Shown: piece by piece, positions 8,635 to 18,503 of the stretch
Numbering within the stretch: the stretch's first letter is position 1
Layout of the letters: each line of letters begins with the position of its first letter
Source: an uncultured Candidatus Saccharibacteria bacterium
GTDB lineage: Bacteria; Patescibacteriota; Minisyncoccia; Phycocordibacterales; UBA9973
Assembly: GCA_964504455.1 (NCBI GenBank)
Contig: CAZDDY010000001.1
Location: 1-43,007, forward strand
Direction of reading: 5' to 3'
DNA: 43,007 nt
Translations under genes and position numbers: made by a program
Notes under the pieces: model-generated
Seen by the model: only the letters and a program-made list of their open reading frames with translations
Told to the model about the DNA's origin: nothing
Database searches by the model: none

Positions 8635-8997
8635 TTAGGCAGCTTTCATTTTGTATTTCATCAAGTGTGGGTAACTTGAAGCAACCGCCGATGCTTTTGG
8701 TAGATTCAAATGTACCATCTTGATAAATGTTTTTTGTTTGATTGTTAGTCCGCCACCGCTACTCACATACTCGATGTGAGATTCAATTAAATCAATGAGT
8801 TTTTCTTTTTGACCCGGTTTCACTTTTTGAGTAAGAGTCAGATGCACAAGCAACTGTATCAGAATGGAATTTGGGAAATTCCAGTTGGGTTTGTGCATTC
8901 TCACTGTCTCCGACCACAAGGTGTACCCATGGTTTTTGAATAGAGGCAGTACCGCTTTGGGTAATGTGCCAGGAAAGTGACGCAGATTTCTTCCCAT
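8635..8997 (-). CDS. Hypothetical protein (120 aa), antisense to the surrounding operon
   Basis: It is the only long ORF in the 513-bp gap between the KH gene and trmD. Composition looks protein-like and I recognised no motif. Confidence 0.45.
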   Translation of the reverse strand: MGRNLRHFPGTLPKAVLPLFKNHGYTLWSETVRMHKPNWNFPNSILIQLLVHLTLTQKVKPGQKEKLIDLIESHIEYVSSGGGLTIKQKTFIKMVHLNLPKASAVASSYPHLMKYKMKAA

Positions 8998-9038
8998 ACT
9001 TATTTAGTTTTTAAGGTGAGCCTTTTTTATATCCCTTA

Positions 9039-9067
9039 TTGATTTTATTGTCAAAGACACATACTAT
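9039..9067 (+). promoter_or_regulatory. Sigma-70-type promoter for trmD
   Basis: -35 TTGATT (9039-9044), 17-nt spacer, -10 TACTAT (9062-9067). The -10 ends 7 nt before ATG 9075. Confidence 0.5.
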
Positions 9068-9074
9068 CTAGAAT

Positions 9075-9764
9075 ATGCATTTTCATGTTGTGACAATCTT
9101 CCCACATCTTGTTGAGTCGTATCTCTCAGATTCGATTATTGGACGGGCAATAAAGGAGAAAAAAGTGAAGGTATCTTTATATAATCCACGTTCTTTTGTC
9201 AAAGGAAAATACAAGAAAATATGGCCGGATGGTAATGTTTCAGCTCAGGTAGACGATCGGCCGTATGGTGGAGGTCCGGGTATGGTGATGAGAGCGGAAC
9301 CAATCATTGATACTGTAGATAAAATAATAAAAGACATCTCTAAAAGAAAAGACAGGAAAGTAAAGATTATAAACTTTTTACCAAGTGGCAAAAAATTTAC
9401 AACTTCGTACGCAAAAAATGCTGCAAAAAAATATACCGATATTATATTAATTTCAGGACGATATGAAGGTGTTGATAGTCGAGTTGATAAAATACTTAAA
9501 ACCGAAAAAATATCAATCGGAGAATATGTTCTTACGGGAGGGGAGTTGCCCGCTTTAGTTTTGATTGATTGTATATCGAGGCAAGTTGAAGGAGTTCTTG
9601 GTAATTTCGATTCACGAGAGGAAGAACGGATAGCAAGTAAAGAATTTTATACGCGGCCAGAAATCATAGAGCATAAAGGTAAAAAATATCGAGTACCGAA
9701 GGTGCTACTTTCTGGTCATCATCAGAAAATGACCGAGTGGAGGAGTAAAAAAAGAAATAGCTAA
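9075..9764 (+). CDS. trmD: tRNA (guanine37-N1)-methyltransferase
   Basis: 229 aa. FHVVTIFPHLVESYLSDSIIGRA, DDRPYGGGPGMVM, ISGRYEGVDSRV, SIGEYVLTGGELPALVLID, LLSGHH. Confidence 0.92.
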   Translation: MHFHVVTIFPHLVESYLSDSIIGRAIKEKKVKVSLYNPRSFVKGKYKKIWPDGNVSAQVDDRPYGGGPGMVMRAEPIIDTVDKIIKDISKRKDRKVKIINFLPSGKKFTTSYAKNAAKKYTDIILISGRYEGVDSRVDKILKTEKISIGEYVLTGGELPALVLIDCISRQVEGVLGNFDSREEERIASKEFYTRPEIIEHKGKKYRVPKVLLSGHHQKMTEWRSKKRNS

Positions 9765-9789
9765 AAAGGGCCAAAAAGCCCTTTTTTTG
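9763..9789 (+). terminator. Rho-independent terminator after trmD
   Basis: AAAAAGGGC caaaaa GCCCTTTTTTT. Confidence 0.7.
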
Positions 9790-9889
9790 TTGACTTAAGC
9801 CTGCTCTTATGATAGGGTAGTGTCACTAAAGCTCTGATTGAGTTATGGCACCGCTTTGGGATATTATAAGCTCGCGATAATATAACCCT

Positions 9890-9917
9890 TTGAAGACAGC
9901 GCATTTCACTATATAAA
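9890..9917 (+). promoter_or_regulatory. Candidate promoter for the rpoB block
   Basis: -35 TTGAAG (9890-9895), 16-nt spacer, -10 TATAAA (9912-9917). Confidence 0.4.
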
Positions 9918-9929
9918 TGAAGGCCAATG

Positions 9930-9954
9930 AAACTAGTTCGGTCACTAGTTTTTT
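9930..9954 (+). promoter_or_regulatory. Terminator-like hairpin in the rpoB leader (candidate attenuator)
   Basis: AAACTAGT (9930-9937), loop tcggtc, ACTAGTTT (9944-9951), then a TTT run. It lies 25 nt upstream of rpoB ATG 9979 and downstream of the candidate promoter. Confidence 0.45.
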
Positions 9955-9978
9955 GTCGTCTCGGGTGTCTATTTTTTC

Positions 9979-12900
9979 ATGTCGAAAACAAAAGTACTAC
10001 CAAAAAAGTATTTTTCAAAATACAAAAAACCACTCGTTCCTTTTCCTGGTCTTTTGGAATCCCAACTTGCATCTTTTGACTGGCTTGTTCGTGAAGGCCT
10101 AAAAGAAGCATTTAAAGAGTTTTCTCCAATCAATGACTATTCAGGGAAAAAATATGAGTTAAATTTTGCATCTTTCTCTCTCGGCGAACCGAAGTTTGAC
10201 GAGCGTTATGCAAAAGCAAATAAGCTTACATATGATGCACAGCTAAAAGCTCGTGTAAAACTAGTAAATAAAATAGTTGGAGATACAAAGGAACAAGAAA
10301 TTTTCCTTGCTGATCTTCCAATGATGACAGATCATGGAACTTTTATAATTAACGGTGTTGAACGTGTTATTGTGCCACAGCTAGCACGATCATTCGGAAT
10401 CTTTTTCACTGAAGAAGAATTAAAAGGTAAGCGTTACTTCGGTGCAAAGATCATTCCTGCACGAGGTGCATGGATTGAGATCGAAACTGATACAGATGGA
10501 ACACTTTTTGTTCGTATTGATAAGAAGAGAAAGTTTCCTATAGTTTCTCTCCTTCGCGTACTCGGGTATCAAACCGATGTAGAAATTCTAAAAGCATTTA
10601 AGGGCTCACCACATGAGGCCCTCATTAAGCTTGGTCTCGAGAAAGATCCTGCGAAAACAGTGCTTGATAGTTATGTAGAAATTTATCGCCGCTTGCGAGA
10701 CGGTGATTTGGCTACTGCTGAAAATGCAAAGGAATTTATTGACGGGCTTTTTTCTAAAGAAAGATATGATCTTTCTCCTGTTGGGCGATTTAGATTCAAT
10801 AGTCGCTTCGATAAGCCAATGACAGACAAGGAAATGGAGCGACGCACACTTTCTGCTGATGATTTGGTTTCAGTGGCAACTCATGTCTTTGATCTCAATC
10901 AGAATCCACATGCGCGCGCTGATGATATTGATCACCTTGGACAGAGACGTGTTAGATATATTGGCGAGTTACTCCAACAAAAAATTCGAATTGGAATGAC
11001 ACAGATAAAGCGAAATGTGCAAGATCGTATGTCTACGATGGATGCTGCGACAACGCTTCCTATGAATGTTATCAATCAACGACCACTCCAAGCTCGAATA
11101 AAAGAATTCTTCACAACAAACCAACTCTCACAGTTTATGAACCAAGAAAATGTCTTGGCAGAGCTTGAAAATCTACGACAACTCTCTGCACTTGGTCCAG
11201 GAGGATTAACTCGAGAGCGAGCTGGTCTTGAAGTACGTGACGTACACACATCCCACTATGGACGTGTGTGTCCAATCCATACTCCAGAAGGTCCAAACAT
11301 TGGACTCGTTCTTCACCTTTCTTGTTATGCACGTATAAACGACTTTGGAATCATTGAGACTCCTTATATTCGGGTAAAAAACGGAAAAATAACCGGAGAA
11401 GTTGTTTACTTAAATGCACTTGAAGAAGAAAAGTATGCTATTGCACACTCAGGAGTTAAGTATGATGAAGCAGGTAAAATTATTGAGGACAGGGTAGAGG
11501 CTCGTGTTAAAACAGAGCCAGGTTTGATTGATCGTGAAAAAGTAGATTTTATTGACGTTGCAACTTCTCAAGCGTTCTCTATTGCAACAGGTATGATCCC
11601 ATTCCTTGAGCACGATGATGCTAACCGCGCACTCATGGGATCAAACATGCAAAAACAAGCAACACCATGTATTGTTCCTGACGTACCACTCGTTGCAACA
11701 GGTATGGAAGCACTTGCACCTGAACACTCAGGGCGTTTAGTAATGGCGCGTGAGGCAGGGACAGTGACTTCTCTTGATGCAAGTCATATTACCGTTACGA
11801 ACGCTGAAGGAAAAGCAAAAACATACTCGTTAGTTAATTTTGAAAGAACAAACAACTTTACTGTTTTTCACCAAAGACCAATAGTGACCTTGGGAGACAA
11901 AGTGAAAAAAGGAGATGTACTTGCTGATACATCAAGTACTGCGCAAGGACAAATCGCGCTTGGACAAAATGTGCTTGTTGCGTTTATGTCTTGGAACGGA
12001 CACAATTTCGAAGATGCAATTATTCTCTCAGAACGTCTTGTAAAAAATAGTAAATTTACTTCTATCTATGTTGAAGAATTTATTTCTCTTGTTCGCGATA
12101 CAAAACTTGGTCCTGAACTTACAACGAGAGATATTCCAAACGTTGGTGAAGCAAAACTAAAAGACCTAGATGAAGAGGGAATTATCCGTGTAGGAGCTGA
12201 GGTTAGAGAGAATGATATTTTAGTTGGAAAAATTACTCCAAAAGGTGAGACAGAACTCACTCCAGAAGAACGTTTGCTTCGATCAATTTTTGCCGAAAAA
12301 GCACGTGATGTGAAAGATACATCACTTCGAGTTGAGCATGGTAAGCGTGGACGTGTTATTGGAGTAAAAGTATTTTCTCGAGATCAAGGCCATCAACTTG
12401 AAAGTGGTATTATCAAAAAAGTAGTTATTGAAATTGCACAAGTTAGAAATATTTCAGTTGGTGACAAGCTTGCTGGACGACATGGAAACAAAGGTGTGAT
12501 CTCAGTTATTTTGCCAGAAGAAGATATGCCATATATGGCAGATGGCACACCAATTGACGTGATTCTTACACCACTCGGTGTTCCGTCTCGAATGAACATT
12601 GGACAGATCTTAGAAATGCACTTAGGACTTGCTGCACACACTCTAGGGTATCAAGCAGTCGTTCCACCATTTTCTGGAGCAACAGAAGATGAAATCAGAC
12701 AGGAATTGGTTTCTGCTGGTTGGCCAGAGAATGGACAGGTAAAGCTCTTTGATGGACGTACAGGGGATGCATTTGAAAATGATGTCGCAATCGGTATGAT
12801 GCATATTTTGAAACTTCACCACATGGTTGAAGATAAAATTCACATGCGTTCTATTGGTCCATACTCATTGATTACACAGCAGCCACTTGGAGGTAAAGCA

Positions 12901-13179
12901 CAAGGAGGAGGGCAAAGATTTGGAGAAATGGAGGTGTGGGCTCTTGAAGGATATGGTGCGGCATACACACTTCGTGAAATGCTTACGATAAAATCAGACG
13001 ATATTATGGGACGCTCACAGACATTTGATTCAATCATTAAGGGTGAGAAAATTAGAACTCCTAATGCCCCAGCTTCGTTTAATGTGATGCTTAACTATCT
13101 TCGCGGTCTCGCGCTTGATACAAAACTTACTAACTCAAAACCGGTCGAGATATTAGACGATAATCAAGAAGAGAAATAA
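9979..13179 (+). CDS. rpoB: DNA-directed RNA polymerase subunit beta
   Basis: 1066 aa. Conserved blocks include GTFIINGVERVIV, QLSQFMNQENVLAELENLRQLSALGPGGL, HYGRVCPIHTPEGPNIGL, NMQKQA, GRHGNKGV, HMVEDKIHMRSIGPYSLITQQPLGGKAQGGGQRFGEMEVWALEGYGAAY. Confidence 0.97.
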   Translation: MSKTKVLPKKYFSKYKKPLVPFPGLLESQLASFDWLVREGLKEAFKEFSPINDYSGKKYELNFASFSLGEPKFDERYAKANKLTYDAQLKARVKLVNKIVGDTKEQEIFLADLPMMTDHGTFIINGVERVIVPQLARSFGIFFTEEELKGKRYFGAKIIPARGAWIEIETDTDGTLFVRIDKKRKFPIVSLLRVLGYQTDVEILKAFKGSPHEALIKLGLEKDPAKTVLDSYVEIYRRLRDGDLATAENAKEFIDGLFSKERYDLSPVGRFRFNSRFDKPMTDKEMERRTLSADDLVSVATHVFDLNQNPHARADDIDHLGQRRVRYIGELLQQKIRIGMTQIKRNVQDRMSTMDAATTLPMNVINQRPLQARIKEFFTTNQLSQFMNQENVLAELENLRQLSALGPGGLTRERAGLEVRDVHTSHYGRVCPIHTPEGPNIGLVLHLSCYARINDFGIIETPYIRVKNGKITGEVVYLNALEEEKYAIAHSGVKYDEAGKIIEDRVEARVKTEPGLIDREKVDFIDVATSQAFSIATGMIPFLEHDDANRALMGSNMQKQATPCIVPDVPLVATGMEALAPEHSGRLVMAREAGTVTSLDASHITVTNAEGKAKTYSLVNFERTNNFTVFHQRPIVTLGDKVKKGDVLADTSSTAQGQIALGQNVLVAFMSWNGHNFEDAIILSERLVKNSKFTSIYVEEFISLVRDTKLGPELTTRDIPNVGEAKLKDLDEEGIIRVGAEVRENDILVGKITPKGETELTPEERLLRSIFAEKARDVKDTSLRVEHGKRGRVIGVKVFSRDQGHQLESGIIKKVVIEIAQVRNISVGDKLAGRHGNKGVISVILPEEDMPYMADGTPIDVILTPLGVPSRMNIGQILEMHLGLAAHTLGYQAVVPPFSGATEDEIRQELVSAGWPENGQVKLFDGRTGDAFENDVAIGMMHILKLHHMVEDKIHMRSIGPYSLITQQPLGGKAQGGGQRFGEMEVWALEGYGAAYTLREMLTIKSDDIMGRSQTFDSIIKGEKIRTPNAPASFNVMLNYLRGLALDTKLTNSKPVEILDDNQEEK

Positions 13180-13180
13180 T

Positions 13181-16100
13181 ATGGGAAAGACAATAGATAC
13201 AGTCAATAAATTTGACTCAATAAAGATTTCGCTTGCATCTCCAGATCAGATTAAAGAATGGTCTTATGGTGAGGTTACTAAACCTGAAACAATAAACTAT
13301 CGAACTGGCCGTTCAGAAAGAGGCGGACTCTTTGATGAGCGTATTTTTGGTCCAGAAAAAGATTATGAATGTTACTGTGGAAAGTATAGACGCATTAGAT
13401 ACAAAGATATTGTTTGTGAAAAATGTGGAGTTGAAGTAACAAAATCAATCGTCCGAAGAGAAAGAATGGGGCATATAGAACTTGCTTCACCGGTAGCACA
13501 TATTTGGTTTTTACGCGGTGTGCCGTCTCGTATGTCTATCCTCATGAATATTCCGATTACTGATCTTGAAAAGGTTATTTACTTTGCTGGGTATATTATT
13601 ACGAAAGTTCATGAAAAAGAAAAAGAACTTATTCTTTCTAATCTTGATTCTGAGTTTAAGTCAAAGTTGAAGGCTTCAGACAATGAGGAAACTCGTGAAA
13701 AACTCAAAGAACTTCTTGCGAATACAAAAAAAGAGGTCGGTGAAATTTATGAAGGAAAAGTTCTCAACGAAATCTCATACCATCACTTTAGTTTAAAGTA
13801 TGGTACAGCATTTGAAGCATCAATTGGTGCTGAGGCAATCTATAATATCTTTAAAAATATTGATCTTGAAAAGTTGAAGTCAATTACAGAAGTACAGCTT
13901 GAAAAATCTGGCTCAGCTGAAAGAGAGAAACTTGAAAAAAGACTTTCTCTTGTACGATCAATGCTTCGTTCAAATATCCGCCCTGAATGGATGTTTATTA
14001 CAGCTCTTCCAGTTATTCCACCAGCACTTCGTCCGATGGTTGCCCTTGATGGTGGCCGACACGCAACGTCAGATATTAATGATTTGTATCGTCGTGTCAT
14101 AAACAGAAATAATCGTCTCAAAAAATTGAAAGAAATTGGAGCGCCGGATGTCATCTTGCGTAACGAAAAAAGAATTCTTCAGGAAGCAATAGATGCATTG
14201 CTTGATAATTCGATTGCAAGTCAAAATGATTCACCTGCGATGAATCAAACACAACGACGCGCGCTTAAGTCACTTTCTGACAACTTGAAATCAAAACAAG
14301 GACTCTTTAGACAGAATCTTTTAGGTAAGCGTGTTGACTATTCTGGACGATCAGTGATTGTTGTTGGACCGACACTTAGACTTGATCAATGTGGTCTTCC
14401 AAAACACATGGCACTTGAACTTTTCAGACCATTCGTAATATCAAAATTGATTGCACGAGAACTTGCATACAATATTCGAGGGGCAAATAAGCTTATCGAA
14501 GAAGGAATCCCTGAAGTATGGGCAATCCTTGAAGAGGTGATTGAAGGAAAATATGTAATGTTAAACCGCGCACCAACACTTCACCGTCTCGGTATTCAAG
14601 CCTTTCATCCTATTTTGATTGAAGGGAATGCAATTCAGGTTCACCCACTCGTGTGTACTGCTTTCAATGCTGACTTCGATGGAGACCAAATGGCAGTATA
14701 TCTTCCACTTTCTCTTGAAGCACAAGCAGAAGCTCGTGAATTAATAGCTTCAAATAAAAATCTCTTGAAGCCACAAAGTGGTGAGCCAATCGTGAATCCA
14801 TCAAATGATATGATTTTAGGTTCATTTTGGATGACGAAAGATGTTGATGGAGAAAAAGGTGAAGGAATGATTTTTGCTTCCCCAAACCAAGCTATTTCAG
14901 CATATGATTACGAAGCCGTTTCTTTCAGAGCAAAGATTAAAGTATTAGGAAATGATACTCCGAAATATGCACAGTTTGGCGGCAAACCTTTCGAAACAAC
15001 AGTCGGACGTATTATTTTCAACAGCATCTTGCCAGATGACTTTGAATTTATTAATTCAGAAATCAGCAAGAAAAAAATGTCCGGTATTATTGATGACTTA
15101 ATTATTCGATATGGTGTTGATGCTATTCCACCAATACTGGATAAAATAAAGAAGTTCGGTTTCAAATATGCAACGATTTCAGGTACAACATTTTCTTTCT
15201 CAAGTGTTAAAATTCCTGAAGGTAAAAAGGATATAGTTGTCGCTGCAAGAAAACTAGAAGCTGAAATTGTTTCGCAATATGAAGATGGATTGCTCTCTTA
15301 TGATGAAAAGTATCAAAAAGTGATTGAAATCTGGGAGAAGGCAAAAAAGGACATCGAAAAGCTTATTCCACAAACTCTTACAAAAGCCGGCTCAGTGTAT
15401 GACATGGTTGTTTCAGGAGCAAGAGGCTCAGTTGGACAGATGTCACAGATGGCTGGTATGAAGGGCCTCATTATTAACACACAAGGCCGTACAATCGATT
15501 TTCCTGTTATTCCATCTTACAAGGAAGGACTTTCGCCAATTGAGTACTTTATTATTACTCACGGATCCCGTAAGGGTCTTGCGGACACAGCTTTGAATAC
15601 TGCGAAAGCTGGATATCTTACAAGACGTTTGGTTGACGTTGCACAAGATGTGGTTATTACAGAAGAAGATTGTGGCCAAAAAGAAGGTAAATGGGCAAAA
15701 CTTGAAAATGTTATGGGCATTGAGATTCCTCTTGCAAAAGCTCTTCGAGGAAGAGTGCTCGCGAGTGATCTAAAAGATGAAAGTGGCGCAGTGCTCTACA
15801 AGAGAAATACACTTATCAGAAAAGAAGATGCAGAAAAAATAGAGAAGCTTGGCATTAAAACTGCTCATATTAGAACCCCACTCACCTGTAAAACAATTCA
15901 TGGTCTTTGCCGAATGTGTTACGGTCTTGATCTTGGAAGAAATCACTTAGTAGAACTTGGTGAACCTGTCGGTATTATTGCTGCACAGGCAATCGGAGAG
16001 CCAGGTACACAGCTTACACTTCGAACATTCCACGCTGGTGGAGTTGCACAGGTAGACATTACTGCGGGACTCCCTCGTGTCGAAGAAATTTTTGAAAGAC

Positions 16101-16795
16101 GAATTCCAAAATCTCCTGCAGTCGTCTGTAAAGGTGAAGGAACAGTCTCAGAAATCAAGATTGAAGGAAAAGAAAAAACAATTGTTGTGCTTGAGGAAGG
16201 CGGAAAGAAAACCAATACCACTGAGTATGCTGTTCCGCTTCGTCGTACACCAACAGTCTCTGTCGGTAGCAAGGTACTACCAGGAGATCTTTTGACTGAT
16301 GGTTCTGCAGATATTGCTGAAGTCTTTAAATTTGGTGGCAAAGAAAAAGCAGAAAATTATATCATTCAAGAAATCAACAAAGTGTACGAACTACAAGGAG
16401 CTTCTATTTCTGGTAAACACTTGGAAATAATGATTCGTCAAATGTTCTCACGTCGCAAAATTAAAAATCCTGGTGCAACAGAATTCTCACACGGTGAAAC
16501 CGTTGAAGCTATAGAGTTATACGAGGAAAATGAACGAATGGTTGAAGAAGGAACTGAAGAAGCACGAGGCGATATAATTGTTCTTGGAATTTCTGAAGTA
16601 TCACTTACGACGAAAAGTTGGATGTCTGCAGCATCATTCCAAAATACAAACAGAGTACTTATCAATAATGCAATTAGAGGAGGAGTAGATAAACTTCGAG
16701 GCCTCAAAGAAAATGTGATTATTGGTAGTCTTATCCCTGCAGGAACTGGTTTTAGAGGACCATTACCTATTGAAGAAGGCGACATAGAAGCCTAA
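13181..16795 (+). CDS. rpoC: DNA-directed RNA polymerase subunit beta'
   Basis: 1204 aa. Zn-finger CYCGKYRRIRYKDIVCEKCGVEV, catalytic NADFDGDQMAV, LNRAPTLHRLGIQAF. It starts 1 nt after the rpoB stop. Confidence 0.97.
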   Translation: MGKTIDTVNKFDSIKISLASPDQIKEWSYGEVTKPETINYRTGRSERGGLFDERIFGPEKDYECYCGKYRRIRYKDIVCEKCGVEVTKSIVRRERMGHIELASPVAHIWFLRGVPSRMSILMNIPITDLEKVIYFAGYIITKVHEKEKELILSNLDSEFKSKLKASDNEETREKLKELLANTKKEVGEIYEGKVLNEISYHHFSLKYGTAFEASIGAEAIYNIFKNIDLEKLKSITEVQLEKSGSAEREKLEKRLSLVRSMLRSNIRPEWMFITALPVIPPALRPMVALDGGRHATSDINDLYRRVINRNNRLKKLKEIGAPDVILRNEKRILQEAIDALLDNSIASQNDSPAMNQTQRRALKSLSDNLKSKQGLFRQNLLGKRVDYSGRSVIVVGPTLRLDQCGLPKHMALELFRPFVISKLIARELAYNIRGANKLIEEGIPEVWAILEEVIEGKYVMLNRAPTLHRLGIQAFHPILIEGNAIQVHPLVCTAFNADFDGDQMAVYLPLSLEAQAEARELIASNKNLLKPQSGEPIVNPSNDMILGSFWMTKDVDGEKGEGMIFASPNQAISAYDYEAVSFRAKIKVLGNDTPKYAQFGGKPFETTVGRIIFNSILPDDFEFINSEISKKKMSGIIDDLIIRYGVDAIPPILDKIKKFGFKYATISGTTFSFSSVKIPEGKKDIVVAARKLEAEIVSQYEDGLLSYDEKYQKVIEIWEKAKKDIEKLIPQTLTKAGSVYDMVVSGARGSVGQMSQMAGMKGLIINTQGRTIDFPVIPSYKEGLSPIEYFIITHGSRKGLADTALNTAKAGYLTRRLVDVAQDVVITEEDCGQKEGKWAKLENVMGIEIPLAKALRGRVLASDLKDESGAVLYKRNTLIRKEDAEKIEKLGIKTAHIRTPLTCKTIHGLCRMCYGLDLGRNHLVELGEPVGIIAAQAIGEPGTQLTLRTFHAGGVAQVDITAGLPRVEEIFERRIPKSPAVVCKGEGTVSEIKIEGKEKTIVVLEEGGKKTNTTEYAVPLRRTPTVSVGSKVLPGDLLTDGSADIAEVFKFGGKEKAENYIIQEINKVYELQGASISGKHLEIMIRQMFSRRKIKNPGATEFSHGETVEAIELYEENERMVEEGTEEARGDIIVLGISEVSLTTKSWMSAASFQNTNRVLINNAIRGGVDKLRGLKENVIIGSLIPAGTGFRGPLPIEEGDIEA

Positions 16796-16805
16796 AGAGT
16801 TGCAT

Positions 16806-18503
16806 ATGCTTCGGGCCACCGAAGAAATAAAACAAAAATTATCTATCGTTGATGTTATTGGCGAGTATGTAAAGCTTGAACGGGCAGGCAATTATTTTAA
16901 GGCGCGCTGCCCGTTCCATTCTGAAAAAACACCATCATTTCATGTGTCTCCCGACCGCGGAACATATTATTGTTTTGGATGTGGCGCGAAAGGAGATATT
17001 TTTGACTTCGTTGAACAGTTTGAGGGACAAGATTTTAAAGGTGCTCTTACCATGCTTGCGCATCGTGCAGGCGTCACGCTTTCAAAACAAGATATTGTCG
17101 ATAAGACCGGCGAACTCTTTGTGGTGCTCGAAAAAGCAACAGATTTTTTTCAGCTTTCACTTGCAAAAAATAGCCAGGCTCTTTCGTACCTAAGAGAAAG
17201 AGGGGTAGAGGAAAGCACCATCAAGGCGTTCCGTATTGGGCTTGCACCTGATTCATGGAGTAATTTATACGAGCACTTAAAAAAAATTGGTTTTTCCGAC
17301 AGACTTATAGAAACCGTTGGACTTGCAAAAATTGGTGAAAAAGGAGGGATGTATGATCGTTTTAGAAACAGAATAATGTTTCCTATAGCTGATAGTTTGG
17401 GACGAGTTATTGGCTTTTCAGGGAGAGCTCTTGATAAAAATGAAACCGCAAAATATATAAATTCTCCTGAAACGCCTTTATATAGTAAATCAAAAATTTT
17501 GTATGGTTTTGATAAAGCAAAACAGTCAATTAGAAAGAAAGATTATACAATAGTTGTTGAAGGTCAATTTGATCTCGTACTATCTCATCAAGCAGGACTT
17601 ACAAACACTGTAGCTGTCTCAGGAACAGCTTTTACTACAAGTGAAAGTCTTGACTCACTCTCACACCTCGGCGTGTTAAAAAGGCTTTCTTCTAATATTG
17701 TATTTGCTTTTGATAGCGACGCACCTGGATTAGGAGCAGCATGGAAAGCAACGAAAGCAGCATTTGCAATAGGCATGGATGTAAAAATTTTAAAACTTCC
17801 TAAAGGAATCGATCCAGCAGATGTATTATTAAAGAATCCACAAGAATATAAAGACTCCCTTAAGTCAGCAGAGCGAGCAATACCATTTTTTAGTAAATAT
17901 AGTATGGAAGATTCTTCTACGGAGAGAAACGTTGCTAAGGCTATTGAAGAAAAAATTATCCCCCTTGTACAAGTTATTCCAAGCGCCATAAATCAAAGTG
18001 TTGCCATTAACGAAGTTTCAAAAGTGACTGGCTTTAAGGCAGAGGTAATCGAGAAGGATGTGTTACGAAAAGAAGGCACACAGTCAAAAGAGAAAGACAA
18101 AGAAATAATTAATGCCCCGAAACTTTCCCTCGAAGACAAGATTTTTGGACTTTTGTTTTACAAAGAATCAAAAGGGGAAGATATAACACAAGCACTAGGA
18201 TCACTTGAAAGCACTTTAGGCAAAGAGTTGTTTGAAAACTCTTTTAATCGCGCGAAAGGTTTCAAAGAAGAGCTTCTGTATCTTACTGATATTTTGTATA
18301 CTCAGCATGATACATCAGAAAGAGACCACGAGCTTCTCTCAAACCGTCTTGCCAGAGAATTAATCAGAAAGAAATTGCGAGAAAGCGCCGAAGAACTATC
18401 AAAGATTACAAGTGACAATCCCCGGTACGAAGAATTATTAAAAGAATCTCAAATATTAAGTGAAAAATTAAAAGCCATAACTATACAACACCATGCCAAC
18501 TAA
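16806..18503 (+). CDS. dnaG: DNA primase
   Basis: Zn-ribbon [45 protein letters not shown]...FDSDAPG. ATG 16806 preferred over TTG 16800. Confidence 0.92.
   Translation: MLRATEEIKQKLSIVDVIGEYVKLERAGNYFKARCPFHSEKTPSFHVSPDRGTYYCFGCGAKGDIFDFVEQFEGQDFKGALTMLAHRAGVTLSKQDIVDKTGELFVVLEKATDFFQLSLAKNSQALSYLRERGVEESTIKAFRIGLAPDSWSNLYEHLKKIGFSDRLIETVGLAKIGEKGGMYDRFRNRIMFPIADSLGRVIGFSGRALDKNETAKYINSPETPLYSKSKILYGFDKAKQSIRKKDYTIVVEGQFDLVLSHQAGLTNTVAVSGTAFTTSESLDSLSHLGVLKRLSSNIVFAFDSDAPGLGAAWKATKAAFAIGMDVKILKLPKGIDPADVLLKNPQEYKDSLKSAERAIPFFSKYSMEDSSTERNVAKAIEEKIIPLVQVIPSAINQSVAINEVSKVTGFKAEVIEKDVLRKEGTQSKEKDKEIINAPKLSLEDKIFGLLFYKESKGEDITQALGSLESTLGKELFENSFNRAKGFKEELLYLTDILYTQHDTSERDHELLSNRLARELIRKKLRESAEELSKITSDNPRYEELLKESQILSEKLKAITIQHHAN

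Noticed and set aside
9790-9813. TTGACT (9790-9795) and TATGAT (9808-9813) looked like a promoter right after the trmD terminator.
   Set aside because: The spacer is only 12 nt, incompatible with sigma-70 geometry. The TTGAAG-16-TATAAA pair at 9890-9917 is a better candidate.
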